DNA from: Camelus dromedarius
Lineage: Eukaryota
Direction: 5' to 3'
Assembly (NCBI RefSeq): GCF_036321535.1
Contig: NC_087458.1
Coordinates: 10,912,001 to 10,976,000 of the forward strand
DNA: 64,000 nucleotides
Shown here: piece by piece, positions 1-16,150 of the stretch
Numbering within the stretch: position 1 is the stretch's first letter
Layout of the letters: the number at the start of each line of letters is the position of its first letter
Program-made: the position numbers and the translations under genes
Notes under the pieces: generated by a model
What the model was told of the DNA's origin: nothing
The model's database searches: none
Seen by the model: the letters and a program-made list of their open reading frames with translations, nothing else

Positions 1-340
1 CCCTGATCCCCGACACCACTTTGGAGCTCAGAGGTGGGGGAGGGAGTGATTCGCAAGTCACCCTTTTAGTCGGCTTCATTTGCAGCCCGGAGGGGCAGGG
101 GTTTGAGTATTGAATGCTGTCTTATGGACTGTTAGACTTGCATCCACACCCTCATTTGACCAGAGGTCCTAAGTCACCCAGGGCACATCCCACTTGACTA
201 GCCAGGTATGGGGGACCTTCATGAGCATTTAGATTATAAAGACAGCCAAGATAGAGACTACTATTGGCTCTCCAGTAAAGCTGTGTTCTGAAGGAAGAGG
301 GTGAGGAATGTAGAAAGAGGCAAAGCCCTGGGCTACTACC

Positions 341-452
341 ATTCATTAATTCATTTACTTAATGGATACTAAGTATTTACTTTGTGCCAAACACTATGCT
401 GGGTACTGGGGATACAGTGACTAACATCATAGACATGGTTCCTGCCCTCCAT
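341..452 (-). mobile_element. L2 LINE 3' fragment
   Basis: attcattaattcattt...aagtatttac...tgtgccaaacactatgctgggtactggggatacag...catggttcctgccctc is a typical L2 terminus. Confidence 0.6.
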
Positions 453-551
453 ACATGTAGAAACTAGTATGGTAGCGTATGTTCTCATCTCCCTCCATAT
501 TCAAATATTGACCCTCTCTTCTCCTCCCAGGTCCAGTCTGTGGTGTCCACA

Positions 552-3500
552 ATGCCCCAGGCTTCTGAGCACCGCTTGGGACGGACCCGAGAGCCACCTC
601 TTAATGTCCAGCCCAGAGTGGGATCCAAGCTACCATTTGCTTCTCGGGCCCGGAGCAAGGAGCGCCGAAGCCCAGCCCCTGGGCCGAACCCTATGTTACG
701 ACCTCTGCCTCCCAGGCCAGGTCCCCCTGAGGAACGGCTCAAGAAACTGGAGCTGGGACGCGGACGGACCTCAGGCCCCCGTCCCAGAGGCCCGCTTCGG
801 GCAGATCATGGAGTTCCCCTGCCTGGCTCACCACCCCCAGCTGTGGCTCTGCCTCTCCCATCCAGGACCAACCTAGCTCGTTCCAAGTCTGTGAGCAGTG
901 GAGACTTGCGTCCAATGGGGATTGCCTTGGGAGGGCATCGTGGCACTGGAGAGCTAGGAGCTGCACTGAGCCGCTTGGCTCTACGGCCTGAGCCACCCCC
1001 TTTGAGACGTAGCACCTCTCTCCGCCGCCTTGGGGGCTTTCCTGGGCCCCCCACCTTGCTCAGCATACGGACGGAGCCCCCTACTTCCCATGGCCCTTTC
1101 CACGTGATATCTGCCCGGCCCTCTGAGCCTTTCTACTCCAATGACAAGATGGTGAGGACTTGCCAGCACATACGGTCTTCCATGCCCGTGTTCTTCCATG
1201 CCTCCAGCTTTCTTGCCATCATATGGCTTTCCTTTCCCCCTTTTCCCCAAGTTCTTTTTCAACCCCTCATTACAGCAGTTTGGACTTTCCTCTCCCTTAC
1301 TTAAGTACCCTTGAGCCTCATAGGCCCTTTTCGGGGTTGTCTGTGACTACCCAGCATGATGTGCCATTTCAGTCCCCTGGGAATTAACTCAACCATTTGG
1401 AATTCTTCTTTGGGTCCCCAGGCCCTTACTTTCCCTTGCTGTACCTTCTCTCCTGGGATGCAGCCTAGGCCTAATTAATCTCTGGAGCCCAAGAGGGGCG
1501 GGCTTAGAACATCTGAGCTAGTGTGGTTGCCCATTTCCCAAGCTAAGTAAGCTAGGCTGATTGCAGTTGGAGCCATCAGGAGAGGGTGCAGGAAGTGGCC
1601 ACGGGTGCAGGAGGGGGTCTTGGGGGTAGCAAGGTTGGGGTGGGGAGCAACTGGGCAACCATGCCAGTGCTTGGGGAGTTGCCCCAGGAGCTGTATCGCC
1701 GGCTAGCTGGGCAAAGGAGTAAGTGGGCAACAGGTGGGACAGCCATGGCTGAGTCCGTGGTACACTCAGCTGTGATGGGCTTACTGCTCATGGCCAGTGA
1801 GGTAGGGAGACCCCAATACCCAGTGAGGGAGAGTGTGGAGTTTGGGGGTGAAGGCTGGGGTTGGGGAGGCAGTGGGCAGCATGCTGTCGAAAGGTTAAAG
1901 TGCCAGGTGGGATATATGGGAACCCGCTGACTGTACTCTGACCTTCCAGGCTCATCACACACTGCTTCTGGGCTCCGGTCATGTTGGCCTCCGAAATCTG
2001 GGGAACACGGTAAGAGCCATTCTTCTGTCTTTTGTAACAGGAATGTGAAATGGTGCTGGGGCAGGCGTGGGGAAGGAAACTTAGGGAAGGCGTGGGAAAG
2101 GAGAGCTTAAGGAGTTCTCCTAAGGCTTCCTGGGCACTGGTCTGGAGAGATAATGACAGTGTCTCTGCTGCTCTCCAGTGCTTCCTGAATGCTGTGCTGC
2201 AGTGTTTGAGCAGCACTCGGCCTCTTCGGGACTTCTGTCTGAGAAGGGACTTCCGGCAAGAGGTGCCTGGAGGAGGCCGAGCCCAAGAGCTCACTGAAGG
2301 TGGGGCAACAACTCCTGCTCACTCCTTTCAAGTCTTCTTTCCCCAGCCCTTTGTATGTCCACCTGCCAGTGCTGGTGGCCCCAACCCTGAAAGCTGTCAA
2401 TTGTATCTGTTTTTCCCAGTGCCTCCTTTCCTAGAGGTTGTTTTCGATTCTCTGAGCCTCCTCTTGCTTTCTTCTTCCAGTTGTTAACCTTTCTTTCCAT
2501 TCCCCATTCCCACCCCGATAGCCTTTGCAGATGTGATTGGTGCCCTGTGGCACCCTGACTCCTGCGAAGCTGTGAATCCTACTCGGTTCCGAGCTGTCTT
2601 CCAGAAATACGTTCCCTCCTTCTCTGGATACAGGTGGGAGAGCTTGGGGTGTGGGATTTCTCTCTGGCCATGTTTTGGGGTAGGGCTGACCAGGGCCCCT
2701 GGCAGCAACATTCTGAGCCTTGAGATGATCTTCATCTAGGAAGTGGGGACTGATGCCTGGGCAGGAGTTAGTGTCTGTGGTCAGATCTAGGTAGAGGTCA
2801 GTTGCCCACACTCGTCGTCTGACTGCAGCCAGCAGGATGCGCAAGAGTTTCTGAAGCTCCTCATGGAGCGGCTACACCTTGAAATCAACCGACGAGGCCG
2901 CCGGGCTCCACCAATCCTGGCCAGTGGTCCAGCTCCCTCTCCACCCCGCCGCGGAGGGGCTCTGCTAGAAGAACCTGAGTTAAGGTAAGATTGCTCCCCC
3001 TTCTTTTTCTCCCCAGTAGTTTATCAGCAGCATTCATCCTTCACAGAACTGAGCTAGTCAGGATTGAAGATGTAGGGTCCAGGGAAATGCTTAGCTTAGA
3101 AAATGGTTTGAGAAGCAGTGCAGAAGTAGGAAGAGGCAGGAGGAGGAGGGAGGCTGAGGGGTACAGATGGAGACAGAGGAGAATGCTAGGGATGTTACCA
3201 TTTTGTTGGAGGATGATATAATTAATTTCCATCAAGGTACCTAAGGGGTTTGAACCAGATGGAGGAAGACAGCATGTTCTTCCTTTGACTCTTTCTTGAA
3301 ATTTAGAGAAGGAGCTGGGATATGGGTGGGGTACAGGGCTCTATGGATCACTTCAGTGGTGTTGGGGGTGCCCAGTGTTCCTAGTATCTCATGGGTGCTC
3401 CCCACTTCCCTTGATCTGTGGTAGCGATGATGACCGAGCCAACTTAATGTGGAAGCGTTACCTGGAGCGAGAGGACAGCAAGATTGTGGGTATGGAACGG

Positions 3501-5354
3501 GACAAAGTGATGGCGGGATATTAGGGCATGGGGGGCGGGGTGCAGGCTTCACAGAAAAAAATAAGTATTATCAGGGGTATGTAAATAAGACTGGATGATG
3601 AAAATGTGGAAAAGGTGTGAGGGGGTTGGGAGGAACAGTGGTGGTGGGAAAGGAAGGGTCAGGCAAAGAAAGGGGTGGGAAGAGACAGGAATCCAAGGGA
3701 GCATCTCAGGCATCCCACAATGACTGTTTCTCCTGCNNNNNNNNNNNNNNNNNNNNNNNNNNNNNNNNNNNNNNNNNNNNNNNNNNNNNNNNNNNNNNNN
3801 NNNNNNNNNNNNNNNNNNNNNNNNNNNNNNNNNNNNNNNNNNNNNNNNNNNNNNNNNNNNNNNNNNNNNNNNNNNNNNNNNNNNNNNNNNNNCATGGGTT
3901 CTGTGACCCACCCCTACCCACCCCCAGTGTGGGAGGGAACCCTGTGGGTCTCTGGAGCAGAGTTGAATCCTGGATTAATTGAGAAGAGTTGGAAAAGGAA
4001 ATTCAGAACATGCTGACCCTTCATTCCCGTTTCCCCCCCAGAAAGGATTTGCTGGGGGCAAGGTGTCTCTGCGGGATTGTTTCAGCCTTTTCACCAAGGA
4101 AGAAGAGCTAGAATCGGAGAATGCCCCAGTATGTGGGGGTTCATAAGGGATATAGTAAGGGTGGGAGACCTGGGGAGGGGGCTCCATATGGATAAAAGGG
4201 GTTGCATGATGCCTTAGTATGAGGAAAAACACTTAAGTGTCAGGGTTTGTGTTGGAATTCCAGATATATCTTACTACTCCTAGGGCAAAGGGCAGAAAGG
4301 CAGAGGATACAGAAGTAATAGCATAGTAAATTTATACGTAAGTCAGGGTGTCAGAAAAGCCAGTTGAGGTGAGGATCACATTAACCTGATCACGTGTTAT
4401 TTGACATTTATTCAGGTGTGTGACCGATGTCGGCAGAAAACACGAAGTACCAAAAAGTTGACAGTACAGAGATTCCCCCGAATCCTCGTGCTCCGTATCC
4501 TAATCTTCAGATTTTTGTTTCTCCCATCCATTCTTTTTCCTCATTCTCCATATTTGCACAGGCTGGACATTTGGGAATTCAGTTTTCCTTAGGAAAAGCC
4601 TGCCAGTCCACCTATCCCTACCATGCTCCCACTGTGTGTTCAGGGAGGGGAGTGGACAACATTCAAGACCTCTGTCCCCCTCAAAGGCCCTCTACGTCCC
4701 AAATTCTCCTTAACCAGAGCTTAGATCTTAATCGATTTTCTGCCTCCCGAGGCTCCATCAAGAAAAGTTCAGTAGGTGTAGACTTTCCACTGCAGCGACT
4801 GAGCCTAGGGGACTTTGCCAGTGACAAAGTCGGTGAGTCTGGTAGGGAAGGTCCTAAGGAGTCTCATGAAGGGAAGGGAGAGAGTGGGAGCGGGGAACAG
4901 CTCTGACTGTAGAATTTGGTCATCTCTAATCCCACAGGAAGCCCCATATATCAGCTGTATGCCCTTTGCAACCACTCGGGCAGCGTCCACTATGGCCACT
5001 ACACAGCCCTATGCCGGTGCCAGACTGGCTGGCATGTCTACAATGACTCTCGGTGAGAGCAGCCTCCTATCCAACTCCTGCCCCATTCCTGCTGCAGCCC
5101 TGACACCCTTCCGTAATATGAAGCCCTAGGAGAACAGAGTGCCTCGTAAAAGGAGAGGGGGTCTTTCTTGATCACTACCTGGATGCTGTGAGGTTGATCT
5201 TGGTGGGTAGGGGGTAATATACAGGAATGATCACACCGCTTTCCCCATCTCCGTTCTTCCTAGTGTCTCCCCTGTCAGTGAAAACCAGGTGGCATCCAGT
5301 GAGGGCTACGTGCTGTTCTACCAACTGATGCAGGAGCCACCCCGGTGCCTGTGA
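552..5354 (+). CDS. USP21: Ubiquitin-specific peptidase 21 (spliced; one exon in N gap)
   Basis: Coding exons 552-1151, 1950-2009, 2179-2299, 2522-2633, 2829-2984, 3425-3489, [~104 nt expected in gap 3737-3892], 4042-4128, 4416-4494, 4725-4832, 4938-5052, 5264-5354. Starts MPQASEHRLGRTREPP; Cys box GLRNLGNTCFLN; His box NHSGSVHYGHY; ends QEPPRCL*. Total 565 aa if the gap exon is 104 nt. Confidence 0.97.
3737..3892. other. Assembly gap (others at 8099-8230, 28752-28884, 49811-50023, 52366-52536, 53633-53796, 54444-54608, 62695-63028)
   Basis: Runs of N. Confidence 1.
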
Positions 5355-5613
5355 CACCCTCTTTAAGCCCTGGCACCTGTGAAACCCTTTCAACACCCTT
5401 AAGCCCCAAGCTCCCCGTTTACCTCAGAGACGTCTATTTTTGTGTCTTTTTAATCGGGGAGGGGGGAGGGGGTGGTGGTACCTCCCATTATTTTTTTTAT
5501 TAAGAAGTATCCTTCCACCTGGAGGCTCCCTTGTCTCCCAGCCCCATGTACAAAGCTCCCCAGCCCCCTGCCTGTGTACAGCCCCCAGACCCTCTACAAT
5601 CTAACTTTTTGTG

Positions 5614-5619
5614 AATAAA
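5614..5619 (+). terminator. USP21 polyadenylation signal
   Basis: AATAAA 260 nt after the stop, followed by T/G-rich sequence. Confidence 0.75.
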
Positions 5620-6439
5620 TTTATTAAGAAAAAGATATCGTTATTTGTATTTGTGCGTAGGGGGTGGGGATACAGAACTGGGCCGAAATGTAGTCTTCCT
5701 AGGACTCAGTTTCCTCTCTGAACAGATGGGGCGTGCTCAGCCTTGTGGGTGGGATTGGGGACGACGGTGCCCGACCGGGACACGCTGATGCCAACGTTTG
5801 CCCAAGCAGCGAAGGCTTACATGGGAGGAAACGGGAAGGCGAGCTTGAGACTCGTGAAGCTGCGGGGAAGCCTGGAACTAGAGTGCAGGCACTGGGTCGA
5901 CGGGTTTTGCCGGCAAAGGGGGCTGCCCCTCGAGAGCGAGGCACCCAAGGACCCCTGTTGACAAACACAGTACGTTGCCGGGCGGCCCTAGCTCCCGTAG
6001 GCCCAGGCTGTTGCTAACATCAAGGAGCTGTTTATGGAGCTGCCTCCCCACAGACCAGCCTCGAGTGTCCCTATCTACTCTCCCTATAACGAAAGCTCAT
6101 GGGGCCCTTCCTCCAGGGTTCTCACCCTAACTGGGCTTGAGAAGCTTGAGCTGGGGAATGCAAACCACGATCTAGCTCTCGTCACTCCAGCCCTGAGGGG
6201 AGGGTGGTGCTGGATATGGCCACTGTCTACAAATCGGCGCCGAACCAGTTACCTCCAGCACCGCAGAGCTGCTATCTCTCCGCCTTTGCAGGAGGAGGAG
6301 CCACTGTCAGTTCAGTATTTTCACTGGTGGATGTGATCCGGGACCTTCTAGGACTCACCAATCCAGAAGCAGAAGAAGTAGGTTCTGGAACTTGCCGCGA
6401 GAATAAAGTGGACGGGGAGTCAGAGAGACCTAAAAGGTT

Positions 6440-6652
6440 GGGGGCGGAGGCAGCGAACTGAAAACGTTAGGCCTAGTGAGGGGTGGGAGGGAGAGCGCTT
6501 CCGAACTCAGGCAGCCAGTAGGCGCCCCGAACCCTGCGCGGGAAGATAGCATGGGTGTGGTCCTTATCCCCCTCCCCGCGGAACGCCGGCTGGGTTTGTC
6601 TTGAGACCTATACCTCTTCTTTCCCCCTCATTTTTCTCACCTCTCTCTTTGG
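6440..6652 (+). promoter_or_regulatory. PPOX promoter and non-coding exon 1 with GC box and two GATA motifs
   Basis: GGGGCGG near 6441, AGATAG 6544-6549, CTTATC 6563-6568, donor GG|gtaagt at 6653; exon 2 acceptor at 6823. Confidence 0.6.
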
Positions 6653-6735
6653 GTAAGTCCTGGGCCCTGGACAGGGACCTCACAGTTCCACCAGCCCATC
6701 CGCTGGCTCTGCCTTAGTTTTCCCTAAAGCAGTGA

Positions 6736-10156
<3,421 letters not shown>

Positions 10157-10212
10157 TCCTCAATTCCCACATCTTCCTGCCTCCTGCAGGTGGGGATTCT
10201 CTTACCCATGAA

Positions 10213-10218
10213 AATAAA
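10213..10218 (+). terminator. PPOX polyadenylation signal
   Basis: First AATAAA after the stop. Confidence 0.75.
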
Positions 10219-10343
10219 AGTTGCTGGAGTTTAGCTTGGTCTGGCTGTTCCGTCACCTACGGGCATAAGGAGGGGTTGGTGAGCAAAGACAGACAAAGGG
10301 TGCCTGGGATGCAGAAAGCAGGAACAGAGGTGAGACAGAGTCC

Positions 10344-10349
10344 TTTATT
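10344..10349 (-). terminator. B4GALT3 polyadenylation signal
   Basis: TTTATT on the + strand, about 480 nt past the stop. Confidence 0.7.
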
Positions 10350-10831
10350 AGAAAATATATCAAAATCCCAGCCTCCTGAGCCAGGTCCAGAAGAGGGAGC
10401 TACTCCAGCACTGGCACAAAGTACCCAGGGAGGGGCTTCCTTCAGACATACTTCCTGGGGACCATAAATAGAATAAATATTCACAGAAGTCCCAGAAGAA
10501 GCCAGGTCACTCTTCTCTCCATGGAAGAGGAAGGGATTTGGGGTCCAGCCCTGCTCCTACCCCATGGGCAGGGGACTCTCAGGAGTCATCACATAAAATC
10601 ATGACATCAAGGATTCACAGTCATAAGCCCTGGCAGGTGACCCTAGAAATAGGGACCCCCCCCAGGGCTAGAGGAGCTCAGCTCCAGTTCAGCAGTGAGG
10701 AGAGGCCTCTGCCCACAGCACAGCACTAGAGTTCAGTTCCCCCACATCCCTCTAAGAGCAGTGAGGAGCTGAGGGTGGGGAGAATACAACCTCTCTGATT
10801 CAGTTTCATGATTAAGATAGGCAGGAAGAAG

Positions 10832-13800
10832 TCACTGTGAACCGTGGGGGGATGTGTGGTTGGCAGTAGGCAGAGGGCCAGGCCTGGCTGGGGGCCGGCG
10901 CTGCAGCATCTCCTGACGGAAGGCCTGGGAGGAACCAGGTGGGTAACGGGGACCAGAGGGCATCCGGGGACCCCGAGGGTCAGTTCCAATGTCTGCTGTG
11001 ATGTTGGTATAGAGAGGGCCCAGCTCTCGAGCCAGCAATTGATACGTCAGTGAGTTCATCCCATCTTGCGTCCAGGAATTCTGGGTACGGACCAGGAGGT
11101 CAAATCTGAGGGTTAGAGATTGGAGACTAAGACCCAGAAAGGAAAAGCCAAGAATCTAGTGACCTTTAGGAGCCACCTGACTAGGGTACAGAATCCTGAA
11201 GATCCAGTAACAATTCCCAGGCAGTCCTCCCTTCCTACCTGTGGGGATTTTCCTCGTTGCCCTTATCTCCTCGGTGCTTCACCATCTTATAGTGTCCCAC
11301 AGATGTGGGGGGGCGAGAGATCTTCATCCCAGCCAGGCGTACCCTATGGGAAAATGAGGGCACCTTGGAGGATCCAGAGTGGAAGAAAGCTGCTGACAGG
11401 TGAGCAAGAAGAGCTAAGGCCAGCAAGAAAGGGTTGCATGTTCTGTACACAAAGAACAGCTATTCCTAGTTAGGCGAAAAAAAGAAAAAAAGCCAAGTAC
11501 TGGAAGAGGAGAGCAAATTAAACTGAAAGAAGGAAGTGGCTGAAGAGAATGTAAAAAGCTCGTTGTATCCAAATCCTCAGGGCTAATGCCAGGTACCCTG
11601 GGGCCTTTAAACAATTGGCAGAGGTAGGTTTGCACCTCCCATCTTCCTTTCCTAAATGGCTCCCAGGAGCTGCCCTTGTGGTCCGCGAAGGACTGAGAGG
11701 AGCCATTTTGTCAAAAAGATAGGACAAGCCTGGGAATTGCTGACCCAAGCTCAGCGATTCTTACTTAGATTAGTAACTGAGTTTCTTCACTCCTGTGCCC
11801 TCCCCTTCCCCACCCCCCTCCCATGGTAAGAAAAGAAATGGAACCAAATAATCAGGATCTGTAAGAAACAAGCTCCAACTTTGACACACAGAAGCAAGAA
11901 GTGAAGATGGCCTGGGAAAGTACTGAAAGGATATACACATTTAGAAATTGCTAGGTGCTTTACACACATACAGAGAACAAGAATTCAGAGAGATGCCACC
12001 TCAAGAGGACAAAGGGGGAGGAAAGGCAATGGATCCAACATATCAAGCCCAAATATTCACACCACAGATATGAAACTGGGTCAGCCAAGGCTGAAGGTCA
12101 AAATGTTTCACATGCTAAAAATGAGTTGGCATCATGCCACTGGCACAGACTTTAAAAAAAAAAAAATTCTGGGCTATGTGGAGCAGAGTCCCTCCTTTCC
12201 CAGCCCCACAGGAAGTGGTCTGGATGCAATCCTAGCAGAGGCAGCACTAAATGGTCTCTAGGCCCCTTTCCAGCTCCGGAATCCCATGATACTATAGCCT
12301 ATTCATCTTCTCTTCTCTCCTAGGAACATAACTAATCAGATCTAGGAGCCTGAAGGATAAGAGAATGGAGAGCAGCATGCAAAACCTAGGTAGACTAAGA
12401 CTCAGGGGGATGAATGGGCAGGACTAGGGAGCTATAGGTTAATGGTAAAGGGCTATGGTCATGGTGGCCTCAGGGGACAGGGAGCCAGGCTAGGGTGAGG
12501 AAGGGAGGTGGTGGCAGGAAGTCTGACCTGGTAGCAATGTCGTCATCCTCACCACCCCAGCCCCAGTATTCATTAGGGAAGCCGTTCATTTTCAGGTACT
12601 GGTCAGGAGTGAGTGCCGAGACCCCTCCAAAATACTGGGGGTACGGGAGGCTGGGGAGAGAAAGATCCTTGGATTCCACAAGTCTAGAGGAGACATCTCT
12701 ACCCACAATCCCCTCAGTTCTTCCACTGGATGGTGGGTTTCCCTGCTTCCAGTACCCTCTCATGCCCTCTACCTGTATCCAAACTTGTTCATGGCAACAG
12801 CAACATGCCGGGGTCCCCGGGGGTCACACACATACAGATTGTGGTCATTCTCTGGCAGGAGGTCCACGTCATGCAAGAACAGGCAGTCCCATTCTTCATC
12901 ACGAAGGGCCTCCCGCACCCCAACATTCAACAGCTTTGCCCTGTTAAATGTTCCATTTCCAGCCTGAAAGATAATGGAGGAGGACCAAACAATGTCTATA
13001 GGTAGCATGGAGAAGAGGGGGCAGAAATATAAAGTGAAAAGAGATTGAAAATCAAAGTGGGATGTAGGACCAAGAGAATGAAGAGAAAGACAAACTTTCC
13101 TTTTCTCATTACACACACACAAAAAAAAAAAAAAATTGATTATCAGTATGTGCCCGACTTATGCTGCTGTTCAGCATTTAATCCTGACAACCAACAACCA
13201 TGTGAAACAGGTGGTATATTAGTTATTGCTTTTTGCCTCATTTTAGGGAGTTAAGTATCTTGTTCAAGGTCACATATTGGAACAAATGGCAGAAGTAGAA
13301 TTTTAGCCCATATCTATCCAATTCCAAATTTGCACAATTCCAAATTCAAGAGAGGAAAAATCATGAAAGTATTATAGGACAGTGGGAATACCCTAAACAG
13401 AATAAGGAGAGATATGGGGCTAACCTGTTAGCAGAGCAGTGCTAGATGCATTCCCACATTCAACAGTCTGACCTCTTAAAGTTATTTCAGTGACCCATTA
13501 TTTGAGAGTGGAGTGGAATTTACTTGAGGCTTCCTTATAAGAAAAAAAAGTCAGAGTGGTGCGGGGTTTGGGGGTACCTGGTGAATGACATAGATGCCAT
13601 AAGCGAGCTGCTGGCGCTGCAGGAACGGGTGCAGGTGGTAGAGCAGCAGGCGTAGGTGATGCTCCCGGGCACGGTGGGGCACAATGATGGCTGTTCGGGA
13701 CCGGGGCTCACACCCTGCAGGGCGGTACCTGCCCCCCGGTTCCACCCGCGGATTCCTCTCCACAATCTCTGCCAGCGATGGCACTGGGCTAAAGGACACG

Positions 13801-14619
13801 GACACGGGACCCACTGTTGGAAGGGAATGGCAAGGTCAGGGACTAGAGGGGCAAGGAGAACTGTCCCTGGCAGTCTGATTTGGGGGCTCTGCTTCCCCAA
13901 GGGCTCTTTCAGAAATCTCACAAAGCCTTGGGTTCCCCATCATTGGGACAGCTTTGCAAAGTCTGGAAGGTGCAGGCTCCTTACCCAACCTACCTTCTTA
14001 TTTTAGGATTCCAGAAGTCTCTCCTACCTCACAAGGTTGGAAGCTTACAGTTAGGAAATGGAGAGAACAGAAGGACCTCCAACTAACAACTAAACCAGGG
14101 ATTGTCTACAAAAGAAGTAATTCCTAGCCCGAGGTGGGAAGAGCCCATAAATAAGCAGGCAATGGAAAGCTGTGGCTCAACCTAAGAGCCTAATCAACCC
14201 CCCAAATTCAGAGTCCATTGTATCCCAACCTCTGCCCACCTTCCAATTACAGGAACCTCCTGTTCTAAGACCCACTCCTGCCATCCTATGCCTGTCCAAG
14301 CCTCCCTGCCCCCACACCTTGGTATTCCCTTCACTTCTGCCTTCCTTCTGTACTCACCTAAGAGAGGAGATCGTTCTGGACAGTAGGGCAGACCTTGAGG
14401 AGCTGGAGGGGCTCCTGGGGCAACAGGGGCCCCAGGCAGGTGACTGAGGTTACTGTAGACATCATGGGGATGAGAATAGTCAAATGTTGGCTCCTGCTCT
14501 CGGCCAAATAGGGCACTGAGGCTTCGGAAGCCCCCCAGTGACAGATACATCATGACGGCCAGCTGGGAGCCCACAAGCAGGGCCAATGTGCAGGGCCGCT
14601 CCAGCAGCCGCCGCAACAT
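10832..14619 (-). CDS. B4GALT3: Beta-1,4-galactosyltransferase 3
   Basis: Exons (+ coordinates) 14358-14619, 13578-13813, 12773-12963, 12528-12650, 11239-11343, 10832-11105; 1191 nt = 396 aa. Starts [15 protein letters not shown]; DVD motif (LHDVDLL) and WGWGGEDDD present. Confidence 0.97.
13141..13328 (-). mobile_element. MIR SINE in B4GALT3 intron
   Basis: catttaatcctgacaac...gagttaagtatcttgttcaaggtcacat...ggcagaagtagaattt resembles the MIR core. Boundaries approximate. Confidence 0.6.
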
Positions 14620-15377
14620 CCTGGGGTGAGGTCTGGAGAGGGAGAGAGGAGAGTTCTGGGGCAGGCAGGAAGAGAGGAAACCAACAGAGAGATCATCAGG
14701 TAGGAATGAAGGTGGTGCCAGGGGTAAAGAGGAAAAAGTGGCAAAGAACAAAGTCACAGAATGGAGCACACAGATGTACAGAAAGAAATAGAATGCAACC
14801 ACCAGCAGCCCTACCACCTGTCACTTCCAGCCCAAGTTTCACTCTCCTCCACCCCTTCCTCAAACTGCTCTGGCCGTCTGTTCTCAGTCCCCACCCCCAA
14901 GAATGCTTACATCATGTCCCAAGGCCATTTCAGAGGATTCTCTGGAGAACCTCTCTTCCAGGTTTAGAGGGGGATAGACTCACCTAGGTTCAAGGTGTCT
15001 TCATGGGGGCTCCAGAGGGTCCCGGGGGAGCAGTGATGTGAGACATTATCTAAAATTGGAACTGTCACAGAGGACAGAGAAAGGCTCCATCCAGAACTCC
15101 AAAAGCGATCTTGGGACCAGCTGGAACAGAGGTCAACGATAACCAGCCACACGCAGAGGGGCAGAAATTAGGATCAGAGTGAAGCCGGTTTCCCAGCTGG
15201 GGAAGTGAGAGAAAGTGGTTGGAAAGAAAAGGGGAGGAGCAGGAGTTGCTAGGTCCCTGGCCTCTCCTCCGGGTTACCCTGTGGTGTGTCAGAGTCACTC
15301 CGTATTTAACCATCCCCCATCCCAACAGGACCAACCTGTTTGGAGAGTGGGGACAGGGCAGTTATTGGAGACATTAC

Positions 15378-16150
15378 TTTCGCCAAGGGGTGAGGCAGGC
15401 ACAACAGGGCTGTGAGTGGCCTCAAGAGAACCCAGGGAGGTGGAGGAAACAGGCCACTTTCCGTTCTTCACGTTTCTGGAAGCTAGCTCCGCAGGTGCAG
15501 GGAGCGTGACCACCTGGGAGCTGCAAGCAAACAAGCCTAGAGCGCTGGGCGGAGTAGGGTGGGGGTGGCGTCCTCTACCTTTTTCCACCTTTCCCCAGTC
15601 CAAGCGGGAGTAGGGATCAGGGTTATCGGTGAAATGAGATAGGGAGAGGGAGGGCTAGGCAGAACCTGTCAGAAGTACCTGGACTAGCTAACCTAGAGGG
15701 GCGTGGTCAGCGCGCTGCAGGGGGTTACAGCCCAGTTCTTTCAGAGCACCCTCATCCCGCCCCAACCTCTTCTTGCGTTTGCCCTATCTTGCAATGTGAG
15801 CCCACCGGCCTCTGTCCGTATTGGCACCTAGGTCCTCCTGCCTGCTCAATGTTGTCTCTAGCCTTTACCCAAAACTTCTCACCTTCCCGATCGCCCGAAC
15901 CTTTCTCCTGGGCCTCTCATCCCACCATCCCCAGCCCACATACCTGGTCTTCTGCTTCCCGTCGTCACCGCCACTCCGACAGCCGGGCAGGCACCGCTGC
16001 AGCCATCTTGGAAGCGGGCGCTGCGGGGGCGGGGCCTCGCGTCACGAGGCGGGGCCTTGGGGTGGAGCCGCCCAGGGCCGGCGGAGCGCAGGGTCCGAGC
16101 GCAGGGCAGCCGGGAGGCCCGTGACCCAGCGCGGCCAAGCCAAGCCGGGC
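15378..16150 (-). promoter_or_regulatory. B4GALT3 CpG-island promoter and 5' non-coding exons
   Basis: CpG-rich 15940-16200 with GC boxes. Exon 1 donor CAG|gtatgt at 15944; candidate exon 2 at 15378-15520 with gcag acceptor and gtaatg donor. Confidence 0.6.

Noticed and set aside
3549-4016. ORFs containing long X runs here and at the other gaps
   Set aside because: Artefacts of translating N gaps.
5699-6461. Overlapping ORFs between USP21 and PPOX
   Set aside because: CpG-rich upstream promoter DNA with no recognisable protein similarity or exon structure.
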